Source: Botryllus schlosseri (Eukaryota). From it: 64,000 nucleotides of DNA. Positions 26,125 through 38,200 of the stretch are shown here, piece by piece. Numbering within the stretch: the stretch's first letter is position 1; each line of letters opens with the position of its first letter. Where the stretch lies: assembly GCA_051294905.1 (NCBI GenBank), contig CM119372.1:7628001-7692000 (forward strand). The letters are read 5' to 3'. The notes under the pieces were generated by a model that ran no database searches, had not been told where the DNA came from, and saw only the letters and a program-made list of their open reading frames with translations. The position numbers and the translations under genes are program-made.

Positions 26125-27387
26125 TTACTATCATAGAACCGGGATCAGCCGTTAATGCGACTCGACAAGCGAAAATAAACAAGTACTAAATGTTCATTGT
26201 CCAACGACACTGTTTTAACTTTTCGACGGTAACCGTGTCAATTTCAGAAGTTGACAATTTGCACAACTGGAACTGTTGCAAGACTTTTAATCGGTCAAGG
26301 ATTTGACCCGTCTCGCCGAGAGAGATAGGGTAATGATAGATAAGAGCGTCTGTGGGTCGTGTGTCCCATCCGCGGTCGGGTAAAACTGGCATCTGAGACT
26401 TTCCTGCTAGACATTCACCATGTCGGGTTCTATAGCATGTAGAAAACTGTTGGTGGTGCAGGTAGACTAGAACGCAGGTTGTATCATAAAGACCCGTGAT
26501 CGGCAGCCGCTGGTCCGCGGACCCGTGCTGGTTCGCGAGGAGCTCGTTGCTGGTCCGCGACAGGTTCGTACACTTTCTCCTAGCAGTCAAGATCACCAGG
26601 GAAAATTTAGGGAGATAAAAGTTACTCATTTTCATGTTCAATCGAGCAAAACATGTTTTTAAGTGTGCAGTTTGCTGCACCCTTTACTGGCCTTGAATTG
26701 TATGAGGGCCAATCAATTTTCAACGTTGAACATTTTGTGTTACGTGAAAGTGGCCATGCGCGCGTTGTAATAGTTTGGGGCAGGGGTTTTAAACTCAGAT
26801 GACGTCGGGATTGAAACCTTCAGATAGCTCGCGGGCTGCTCCAGTCAAATGATTCCAAGATGTTACCTCAAACTCATTCCAAAATGTTACCTCAAAATCA
26901 ATGTCCTTGTTTTTCATTTTAATACTTAGCCTAATCAATAGTATATTACATTATATTACGGATGATAGGGAATCAATTCTAGCAACACCTTTATTCGCAA
27001 ACAATGAAATTGGCAATGATGCGATGATTGGGCGGCTAAAATACAGTTCTAAACCGACAGAACAGTGGCTCCAACGGTGGTGTAAGTTGACATATTTCTA
27101 TACTGCCTTCGTTTTAGTCGTATAATGGCGTCGACCCTGCGTAAGCGTTGTAAGGCATCTCAAGGTTTCATAGCTGTAAATTCGAACGTTGGAAGCTTCA
27201 TTATTATTATATCGCGATTCGGGTGAATCAGAAGTGAAGCAGTAGCGCGACCACAGATATTTCAATTTATATTTCTGTGTAAATATATTATATCCTCTAT
27301 GTAACCTGCATGTAAGGGTTTCCCATTGGTGTTTTCGCTTGTGTGAATAACTCACCGCAGTGTGGCGGTTATAAAGTCACCTATGAA

Positions 27388-28746
27388 CAGGACTGTGGAG
27401 TCGGAGTCAGAGTTTGGGGAATTTCTCCGGAGTCGGATTCGTGAAAACTGTGGTGGCTGGAGTCGGAGTCGTGGAAAAAATACTGACTGGAGTCGGAGTT
27501 AGTGAAAATAACCCCGAATTCGACTCCGACTCCAACTTCTTTATCATGTAAACAATTGCTTTCAAATATATCTTTTAAATTACTTATAACTATAATAGGA
27601 TTTTTATGTTATCAATCAGTGTTATTAGTAACGATACAGATCAGGGGCAGCCAGACCGTGTCCCGCAGTCCAAATGTGACCAGCGAAAAGGTTTTGTGTG
27701 GCCTGCGAGGTAATTCTCGAAATTAGATATAACATCAGCGAGTTCGTCGGCGATGAAACATTTGCGCAAAATCACAGAGGCATGTTCACCGATACCGTCG
27801 ACATTGCTATGTCTAAAGCGCCAAATAATCCTGTCCTTGCCAAATGAGCCGATTTCTATGCAGCGGCAACCCCCAATATATGCAAGTAATATATTTATTG
27901 ATCGAATTCATTCATTACCTTTGAAAAATGTTCGTCCCACGCGCGACCAGGGCATGACTGCACTGCACACTGCACACTGTACAGTGTACAAGTACAGTTG
28001 CACACTGAGTTTTAATGACATAAATGTTATCAATTTTAAAGCGTAGTCATATAAGTCTTAATTGTTTTCAATGCTACCGAATTCGGTTCGTTCCTATCGG
28101 GCGACTAAAAAAAAAGGTTATCAACATTCAAGTAAATCCATAAATCTCATGTGGCCCTTTGGCCGAAAACGTTGGCAACCCCTGACATAAATAGAATTGA
28201 AAATTATCTGCAAAATACAATTAAGTTGCATAGAGGTCACAAATTGATGCACTTTTTAGAATTATACCATGATATTGTGACACAGCAAATTATCGTCTGG
28301 TTGTAAAATTGATGTAAATATAACCAAACGCCCCTTCCCACTTGACAACATGTCGTGTTTGAATGATTCATACATATTAGGTTATTAGAGAGTCCATGTT
28401 ATAAAAACTGATAAAATATGAAAAAGGAATGATATTTAGAAAGGCAATCTTTCATGCAGAGTGAATAATTCGAACTGTGCCACAATGAAACAATTTTGCA
28501 TGCCATCGCTAATCATATGTTTGCATATGTTTAATGGTTATATGATAGTCATTTAACCGTCACTGTGGCATATAATTTTCGAAGTAAATTGGTAATACTG
28601 TTGGAGTCGGGGTTGGAGTCAGAGTCGGTATTTGTGGAGACTCAGAGTCGGTATTTTTAAAGACTCAAGAGTCAGAGTCAGTCCATTGAAAATGTGTGGA
28701 GTCGGAGTTGGAGTCGGTGGTAAAATTTACCGACTCCACATCCCTG
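27388..28746 (+). mobile_element. GGAGTC-repeat hAT MITE with a nested CAGGGG MITE (~27642-28184)
   Basis: CAGGACTGTGGAGTCGG / CCGACTCCACATCCCTG with exact TSD CCTATGAA (27380-27387, 28747-28754). Confidence 0.85.
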
Positions 28747-30485
28747 CCTATGAACAATGAACATAGTATACTCGATATTTGCTGTCTTGAGAGATTATTT
28801 AATTGATGTATTTCATTGTAAAAATCTCAACGTTTGTTAGAAATGTGCTGAATAATACAGGCATTTTTCAATCTACTCGAAATTACTTCGCAGGCCGGAT
28901 GAAATCATCTGGCGGGCCGTATGTTTGACACCCCTGGTTTAGGGTTATTAATATTACCATTTTTTGTGGCTCAAATTCCGGACACTCTTTAGCGGCCACT
29001 AGCGGATTCCCAAATTACGTCTATATGACGTCACACTAGAAAAGTTTTGCATATAGTCCAGAGGTGGTCACGAATCACGATCCAGTTCAGGACATTTTCA
29101 ACCCCCTCCCGCCCAAATAAACACTGATCTTGAGCCCACCATAGGGTAATCGATGCAACTTTTGGGGGCTTGCTATTAGGGATGGTGTGAACGTGAGGTT
29201 CACGTTCGCGTTCTGTGTGTGAACAATGAACATCCGAAATTTAGAGGTTCGAGTTCACGAACAAACCTTGATAGGTTCTGCGCTGTGAACTTTTTTCATA
29301 CATTACAATTTTGACTTCATTATAACATCTGTGGTTGAAATTTCAACCGCGGGCCACTCTATGCATGGCGCTGGCAGCATAAAAAAATCAACATTTAAAC
29401 GAGCATGCACCTTGACAATCGTAAAATTTTTACTTGCTTTATTACTAAAGTTTGCTCGAAATATCCAGCTTTGCGTTTGTGAATATTTAGTGACTCTCTG
29501 CCGTGAGCTTGACCCGCAATCACACAACATCAAGAGCGAAATACACTACTATTGGTTCTTCCGTATACTACTATATGATATGATTTGATATTCTCTCCGT
29601 CCACATGATCAGGGTTAGCGGAAGAGCTGCTGGAGGATGACTTCGAAAATGCAGGGAGTGTGGGTCATGTTCATGACACACCGATAAGATTATTTATCAG
29701 CCTAATGCCGGTACGCACCACTGAGCTATATAAACACCACGCATCCCCCGTGGTTTCCAACCTTGCATGGTCGCGACTGCATTTCCAATTTCTAAATGTT
29801 CCATGGCCCAGCTCAAAATTTGATGAGCATGATTACTAAAAAAAGGTCAGCACCTTTGCCCAGACTTACTGGCGGCTTATTTAGGAAGCTGATTATACGT
29901 TCAACATCTTCGCGAACCCCAGAATAAAAGCAAACGACCCCGACCATTAGAACCACTATCTTTGAAAAAAAAAAGCATTTAAGCGTCCTTAACGGACTCT
30001 AGGAATATACCGGTCTCCTATAATTGCGATTACAATTAGAATTATTTCAATAAGTGAAGGTTATATTTATTTATTTTTGGTTGCAGTTTTTGCAAGGGTG
30101 GTAGTCCCCATGTTAAAATCAAGATGAGTGATCCTAAATCGCGCGCAGCGCGAAGAAAAATTTCATGTGGCATAAATCTTCACAAAAATAATGCCTTCAA
30201 AATTCCGGACATTTAGGCATATTTTTTCAATATCCTTCCGGACGCAGTTTGAACAGTGAAATTCCGGACATGTCCGGACGCATGGCAATTGGCAACCCTA
30301 GTATAGTTTCCTAATTGTTGAGTATCCGCTCCTTTGCAAAATCAAAATATGGGCCTAAATACAAATAGGCCTACGCATGATGTTCAGAATTGAATCAATA
30401 TTGAATTGAAACTGTATTCGTGTGTGCTGCCAGCGGTAGCGGGACCATTAGGCAGCAGCTTTTCGGCGATAAAAAGACACCAAGG

Positions 30486-30601
30486 CAGACTTGGACAACT
30501 AGAAAATGTTCAGCTTTTCCAAATTAGATTAGAATTAGATTACTGTCATCTCGATCTAATGTAGTGAAATTAGACAACTAGAATGATCTAGTCCAAGTCT
30601 G
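30486..30601. mobile_element. 116-bp minimal hAT-type MITE
   Basis: TIR CAGACTTGGAC / GTCCAAGTCTG with exact TSD CACCAAGG (30478-30485, 30602-30609). Confidence 0.75.
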
Positions 30602-32242
30602 CACCAAGGCAGATATGTTTTAGCCAACACTGAGAGATCGCCGGCGAAAACGAATCATTTTGAAGCCGGCACGCAGAGCAAGAAGATTGCCGACCTCTGG
30701 TTAAGTCCATCCTCAGAGCACCTCGATGGTGCAGACACAAATATCCGATCTATCTCCCTCGTACGAACATGACTGTACTCTTAGTTCTTGCTATGCCGAG
30801 TAGCTCACACACGCCAAGTATTCAATTCACCCACGCCCGCTCCCCTAATCCTCAGCTGTAACTAACCCAATCGCCGACAAAGCAAGACAACAGCATCCAA
30901 GGTGTCAATGGTACTGTATTCCAATACTAAACAAGACTACCGCACTCATCAATCGGCATTTCTTTACAAAGATGATGCACGTTTAAAACAAAACTCTTTT
31001 TACAATTAAAAGCTTTTTAAGGAAATACGTGAAAATGTAGTCCAAACACGCGACGAGATAGATAGACAGAGAGCCATGTCACGCAACGGATTGTACCAAG
31101 TTCGAAGTATCAAAGTCGGCCGAGTACTATTCGTAACGTCGAAAGGCCGTCGCGCGTACTACCCAAGAGGACGGGAGAGGCAAGGCAAAAAGAAATAGTG
31201 TTAATTAATCTCACGCGCGACCGCGAAACAACGGAATCGTCTACTGAAATGATGGTAATAATTAGGAATCGTGAATTATTGCACAGATGGTCGTCAGACT
31301 CGTGCGACCTCCTTGTCGCGCAACAATCAAATCGCTCGACCGCGAAGAACTATTAGGATCGCGGCCTTTCGTTCAGCAAGACACGGGGCGGGCTCCGCAA
31401 GTATAGGGCTACAGGCACAATGACTCGAGCAGTCGAAGCTGAATCGAGCATTTATTGCAACGATTAGGGTTGTGAGAGATATTTTGGAGTACTGAAAACC
31501 ACGCTCCTCGCCACAAAGAGTTAATTTATCAACGTGAACTATAGGATTAGAGTATTTTCCTCTGTGGAAGTCTTGATCGGTCGTGATGAAACACGCACTA
31601 CAAAAGCTACGCACGTTCGCGGAAATTACATTTTTGCGCAGTCGCGACCGTCCCGCAGCATTGCCACACAGTGCAGTGAAATGGTTGCGGTCGAAAAATA
31701 CCATCTTTGATGTGATGTAAAACTGACATCATGTTAGTGCAGGTCGCAAAAAGGGACATATTCAAACTATTCGCATAACTTCATACTCGATTCAGAATCT
31801 TACCACTAAGTACTAGATTTTGCCCGGTCCAGCCCTCGCACCATTTCATCAGCACGTGATAGCTGCTTCCCGCAAAAACAACAACAACCGACAGGCAATC
31901 GCCGACATGATAAGTACAGTACCGCGTAGTGCATAAAAAAGCGATCGTGTTTGGCGAAGCGCTGTCTGGTAAAAAGAGAGAGTCGAGATAGTGGCAGCGT
32001 TCCGGCCTGGTGTCGTCAAGCGATGTCCTCCGCGTCGGGCCAGCTGCGGTCAACACACGAGAGCGGTCACCGTGAGCGTCGCCACCAAGCAGCGCCAGCA
32101 GAATCGAAAGAAAAATAGGCCTGCGAGTAAACAAAAAAACGCGGCGGGCAAAAATCAGGCTTGCGCCAAACGAAGGAGCAAAGTATCGCAGAACGGGGAA
32201 AGAAAAGTCGAATCGTTTCCGTTCCGCGGCGGCATGTCTCGA

Positions 32243-35200
32243 CTACATGTGGCCTCGCAGCAACTCGTTGACGTCGATGCACGACTCGAATTGGTCCGGC
32301 ATCTCGTCGTAGTCCATGCTCGGGTTTACGTCGTTATGGGGGAAATTGCTGTTACTACCGGCCTCGGACGCTCTGTAACGGAGTGCAACGTGTTTTGTCT
32401 GGTGCGTCATCACGGCGGGCGCGCGTTTCGGTATATCGATTTAGTCGCCGGGAAAGTGAAAAAACGAAATAAAACCATGCTAGGCGCGAGAACTCGGAAA
32501 ACCGCGAATTTAATGCGGACGTGTTCAAAGTACCCTTCGTTGGTACTCGGGTAGAATCAGAGACTACCGAACAAGCAGAAGATTAAGTATTACGGACGTA
32601 GTTTTGCCTAGAAAACTGACAAGAAGTGGGTCTACTATTATTATTGTCCAGTAAGCACCGAAGTAGGCTAAACTACTGAGAGTATACGCACCATGTTACT
32701 GACAACCTCATGTAAATGCTTAACTATTTCTGTGAGAAAGCAGGGCTTTTGAAGAAGAACTTGTAGTCCGAAAAGGTGAGTAAGGCGTAAGCGAATCGAG
32801 AATTCACCTAGAAGCCATGCTCTATAAACAGGCCTATATCGAACTTATTGCTGCGAGCTGCTGCTAAGACTGGCGGCATTTGCAACAATAGTTTTATGTG
32901 AGATTAGCTTGTTATTTTCTATAAGTGCAAGGCAATTTGATCTGACCGTGTCGGAAATTCAGTACTGGCGTACTTTTGTTTCCTAAGCAAACATCCAAAC
33001 AGCAATGTCAATAACGGATCGTTAACGTTGCGAGGTTAGTAGTGTTACGAGAGCCAGTGTTATGTCTCTACGACGTACAGGCAGCATTTCACATGATATC
33101 GAGAATGCACGGGGCGTGTCGGCTGGCATCAAGGCTTACACATTGCAACGCGGAAGATTTTCTCAAATCCCTACATTGGGTTCAGAATTACAAGTGAAGT
33201 CTTCCCAGCTATAATATTCTCAAAGTGCCACAATGGGTTAGGATCAGAGTCCGGTTTATGGGTGTGGGATGGGTTTTTCTGGTCTTTAGTTTCTCAATCC
33301 ATCACATTGGGCTGGGAGTGGGTTCAAGTTTCCAAGATATAGGACAATATTTCAGTTTATTATTTGCTTAATGCATCACATTGGGTTGAGATCGGCTTCA
33401 GGCTTCAAGACAGGAAAAGTTATTCCGTTTACATTTTGTCCGGATATAATTTTCTCGAGGCACTGCAGCAAGTTTAGGATCCGGGTCTAGTGAAAGGGAA
33501 GTACCGCCAGAAAAAGAGTATGCGCGTGCCATCGGACTCGTACACGACAGCAATCGACCGTCATAAGCGACAAGTCAAATTAAACAAAGCATGCATGCAT
33601 TACTAGTAAGGCTCACCCGTCGCAAAATAAGAAGGCGGGCGGCGATCCGCTGGACGAGCGTGTAAGTATGCGGCAACAGTCAACGCATGCACATATGATT
33701 CCATGCAAAACAAAAAGGCAACGAGACGCAATTTAGTTTGCGAAATTGCAGCCCGATTATAACAAAACGTAGCGAGCGAGTCCAACTTAACAGAAAAACG
33801 AATGCATAGTCGAATGAAAATACTCACACGTCAAACGGAATCGGATTCCCAGAGTGCGAATTTGAAGGGGGCGGAGAATTGTGAGGCAGTATCGACGCTT
33901 CGTAGGTGCTTTGCGGCGTGCTGGGGGCGCTGTTATCGCTGAAAAAGCTTCCGAACTGGCTTCTGAACGCGACAAGTATGATGTTTGACGAGTGCTACGA
34001 CGCGATAAGTGTGCGCCGGAAATACTCACCCGGGATTCGACATTGACGGTATCTTCTGTATGAGATGTGTCTTGACATAGCCGTCTTGGGCTTGAACTGA
34101 AAAGAGATGCGTACACGATGTTCTTACGCCGGCAGATTTAGACAACGAAATTATTCTAGTTGCCTAAATAATGCGAAATGTCGGTAATCTTATCTACTCT
34201 AATTCGTGAAATGTCGCTATGTTGTAATTCTAATCTAATTTCGGGTAGGCCTATTCCTGGAAATTCTCCACGACGACTGTATACTGCAAAATGAGCCAAT
34301 CTCGGCACAGACCGTGGTAGACATTTGCCATTCTCGTGCTTATCGGGCATGAACTCTGATTTGATACGAACTGAACTTAATGTATGTTGAGTTCATTTGC
34401 GATTAAAATTTAATTCAGTAATCCTAATTCTAGCCCAATTGGGAATAAACTGTGTCTCGCTATAATTCTAATTCCAATTTTATTTGGAAAAGTAAAAAAT
34501 TTTCGAGCAGTCCAACTCTGTACGGCGGCGCCTTGAATGGATTTCAGCGCCAAAACGGTGCATGCACTGCATCCGTTATGTAGGCACAGAATTATCGGCA
34601 CTTGCATTTTCCCATGTTCCAAACCAAGTCTGCAACATCACTACCGATAAAACACTAGGGCTGGGGATGGAGATTCTCGAGTGGTTGCCCGACATATGAG
34701 CATGCGACACAATGGAAAACGACAGTTCAACATGGGACACTTCAGCATGTGACTTCATAGTCTAAAAGCTTTCCCTAACCCGAAACATAGCCCTGAAATT
34801 AACCCTTACATATATCCTAACCCCAAGCCTAACGCTAACCCAACCATATATCCAGCCCTAACCCACCCCTAACCTGTAATTTAACCCACATGCTCATACG
34901 TCCGCGGACCGATTCGAGTACCAATTTCCTATATATGTGTCGGAGTGGTGAAAGTCTATGATTTCAAGTACGTTCCTCATTATTTATTGATGGAAATTGT
35001 CGTTGCGGTATCGTATTGCCACTGTGAGAGCCTTAAACCCTCAACACGAGATGGCACATCACCCAATACATGCAGTAGTGAGCTACCAAGTTCATGGCAA
35101 CGAATTGAATCGTTATTACATGCTACTATCCTAATTTCAAGCAATTCATATAAGTAATTGTAGCTGGCGTTATTGACTTCGTGAACGCATATTAAGTATG

Positions 35201-38200
35201 TATTTGGCCGCTTTTAGTCGTTACGGTTGATGCATCATAATGCGGTAATGCGGGGTGCTGGAATACTCAAAGCTTCATAATTGATTCGTATCCAATATTT
35301 CACTGCGTCGGCCTTATTTATTAATCAGAAAAGCCAGGCTGCTGTCCACACTGACACTGAACAGGCCGCGAAAAACACGTCGAGACGGCAGACTCACTCG
35401 AACTGCTGTCCGACTTGTTATAGTATTGTCCGAAAGCCTCGTCTTTCATCTTTGTCGTGTCGTCTATCTTGCAGAGGTACATGAGCTGGTCCAGGTCCTT
35501 GATACGGTCGGGCAGCGAACGAATCGAATAGTCTCGCAGCGTTTGCGGCTGTAAATTCCAGACCTTCGCCACCCCTGCAAACATCATGGTCGTTTCCAGT
35601 TTAGACGACAATGTTTCACGACCGCTGCCGACTCGTTCTGGTTGACACCGGTTGTTATGATCCAGCAACAAAATATACATAATCAGATCTACGATACGGC
35701 GAAATCACACATTTGACAACAATATTTCACGGCTGTCAGCGAGTCTCGCAATTCTTCCTAATTGACGCCGATTGGTTCAACCCGTCTACGAATGGGGCAA
35801 CAAAATTTGCACATTCGAATCTACGTTATGTCAAGAATGCAGACTTGATGACGCGATATACAAAGATATCGTTTGCTGTTCAATCGACACCGACACAAAC
35901 GCATCAAAGTGGACACTAGGGTGGTCTAACAAACGAATTTTGTAAAGTTGTAGGTCTGACCCTGCCTAAATGCTCCTGTGACTGTTGTTTCTGCCTGTCT
36001 CACAGAGAACGAGGTGCGGCTGTAGATTGCATTTGGAGTTGTTGCTGACCTCCGCAAAATGTACCGTAAGACCCTGAAGCAGACCAAAATTATTATATTG
36101 GTCATCATAACACCCCAGCCAATGATCAGCTAACAACCAGACGAGGGAACCCAGGCTTTCGAGCATTGGCCCAATAGCAACTATTGAAGTGAGTATATGT
36201 GTTCTATACCTAATATTAGGGTTACCGGGTACCATATTTTGGAAATCTGAAAAGAGGACACTTTTTCAAAATTCCGAGTCTTGTAATACCGGAGGTAAAT
36301 CCTGAATTTTTTTTTCATATTTCGTGGTCGGCTGACCACAAAAAAAGAGAAACTTTCCAGCTCAACTCCCAAAATACGGTTTTTCTTTCACATAATCCGT
36401 TGGTTGACTGAAAAAAAGCTGCCGAAACAGCCGCCAAAGCGTTACTTCAGTGCCAATTTCGTGCATCTCATTCGAATTTCGCCCTATATTTGAGCGAAAT
36501 TCTCAAAAAAGAGGACAAATCCTCTTAAAAGAGGACGTATGGTAGCCCTACCTAATATGGGTAGAAATTCGGATTCATTGAGCGCTGAGCCCCCTGTAAA
36601 CATTAGTGAATAGGAATAAAATTGACACAGGATGTATTTTAACCAAAAGGAACATTCCAGCAGGATCAGACCAACGACTTTCCAAAATTCGTTTTCAAGG
36701 AACGCACTATCAAGATACTGAAGAATGTTTGATCGCATCAATCAAAACATACCATGATCCTCGGCGACCCAGGCGATGGTGAGACCGCCTATCTCGGAGT
36801 CGGAATATCGCAGGAGAAAGGTTCTGTTTGGCTTCGACAAGAGTTTATCCTGCGATTCGGCCTTACCGATAAATCCGATGATCGCTCTGAGAATCAAGAG
36901 TTGACCTGAGATTTTGAAACCAGACGAAGTCATACCGATCTCGGAGAGACGATTGATGGGATCGGTACCAGCTGGCAGACAAAAACACCCCAGATGAAAA
37001 TGAAAACGTGTGTATTACGGCTGTTCAAAAATAACTATTTTTTTCATATTTTTAGACTGCTTGATAAACTCCAATTCCAATTCCAAAACTGTAGAAGCGT
37101 AACTATAAGAGTAGTAGATTTTGGATATAAAAAAATGGTAATTACGGTGGGATATTCTATCATCAAGAATTATGGAATTACCTAGTGTAAATACTGTTTT
37201 TTTAAATTCCAAAATTTGCTACTATAACTTCGCTTTTATGGGTTGGAAATGCGCCAAATTTGTTACGTATCGTTTTTTAGACAAATTGACAATTTCTATT
37301 CGCTAGCAATTCTTGGAAATTTGTTTTTATTTTATCTAACAAATCTGAAATTTTCTACTCTCATAGTTAAGCTTCCGCAGGTTAGAATTGAACCTAATTT
37401 GATGTGCAGCGTTATTTTCGCCAACCTAACAATTTCATCAAACAGATAGACAAATTTGAATATAAGTTATTTTTAACAGTCCTAGTGTATATAAACAGTG
37501 GAGGCCTACCAGAGGTGGTCAAAGTAGTCAAGAAAGCTACTCAAGTAGAAGTAGAAGTAGCGACGAAAAAATCTACTCAAGTACAAGTAGAAGTACTTCT
37601 TCCATAAGCAACCTAAAACTACTTGAAGTAGAAGTAGAATTTACTGACTTGTACAGTACTCAAGTAAGTAAGTAGTGGTGAAAACGATCCTAATTCGTTC
37701 ACATTGATTGTAAAAAGGTGCAAATTGAGTTATGCGAAAGTTGTATAGGATACGGTGTGAACACTTTGCGTGATTAGTAAACGTTAATAAAAAATATGGT
37801 GGACCGTAAAAATGCCATATTGTGTAGCTTTATTGCCGGAAATTAAAGGCATTACTACACTTGCTTTTATAATTCAACATGTATGTTATCCAGACAAAAG
37901 AACTCATATTAATTAAAACTCAAAATATATGATACTGGGAATTAAAAGTGAAATATAAATACTACTTCTAAAAGTGGAGCATGTATTTCATGCCTTTAGT
38001 CCAGAAAGTTTTAAATGTGGTGTGCTAAAACAGCTCTAAAACTAAAAAAAAGTCAGAGTCCACATTTTCAGATTAGTACACGCCATGGACATGCTAGATT
38101 ACGATATGACAAGTAAATGCTAGATTACGAAACATCAGTTTCAAACGTTATGATGAGCCATATATACTGTGATGAATTATTTCATATGGGCGACAATGTG

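Noticed and set aside
26186..26680. 164-aa minus-strand ORF
   Set aside because: It spans the SDR 3' flank and a hAT end fragment, with no domain or splice support.
27388..27535. CRISPR-like spaced short repeats (GGAGTC here, AGTAG at 37520-37680, GGGGCGA at 56780-56905)
   Set aside because: These are subterminal motif arrays of TIR/TSD-bounded MITEs in a eukaryotic genome, with no constant repeat-spacer period and no cas genes.
31991..32554. 187-aa plus-strand ORF
   Set aside because: It is antisense to the last STAT exon and its GC-rich 3' UTR, has no recognisable domain and uses a non-ATG start.
35990..36075. Possible 9-nt microexon (36073-36065) or short terminal exon in the STAT SH2 intron, and a chance NLQP match
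   Set aside because: The acceptor is plausible but the donor (gtacat) is weak and there is no homology support. The gene splices in frame without it.
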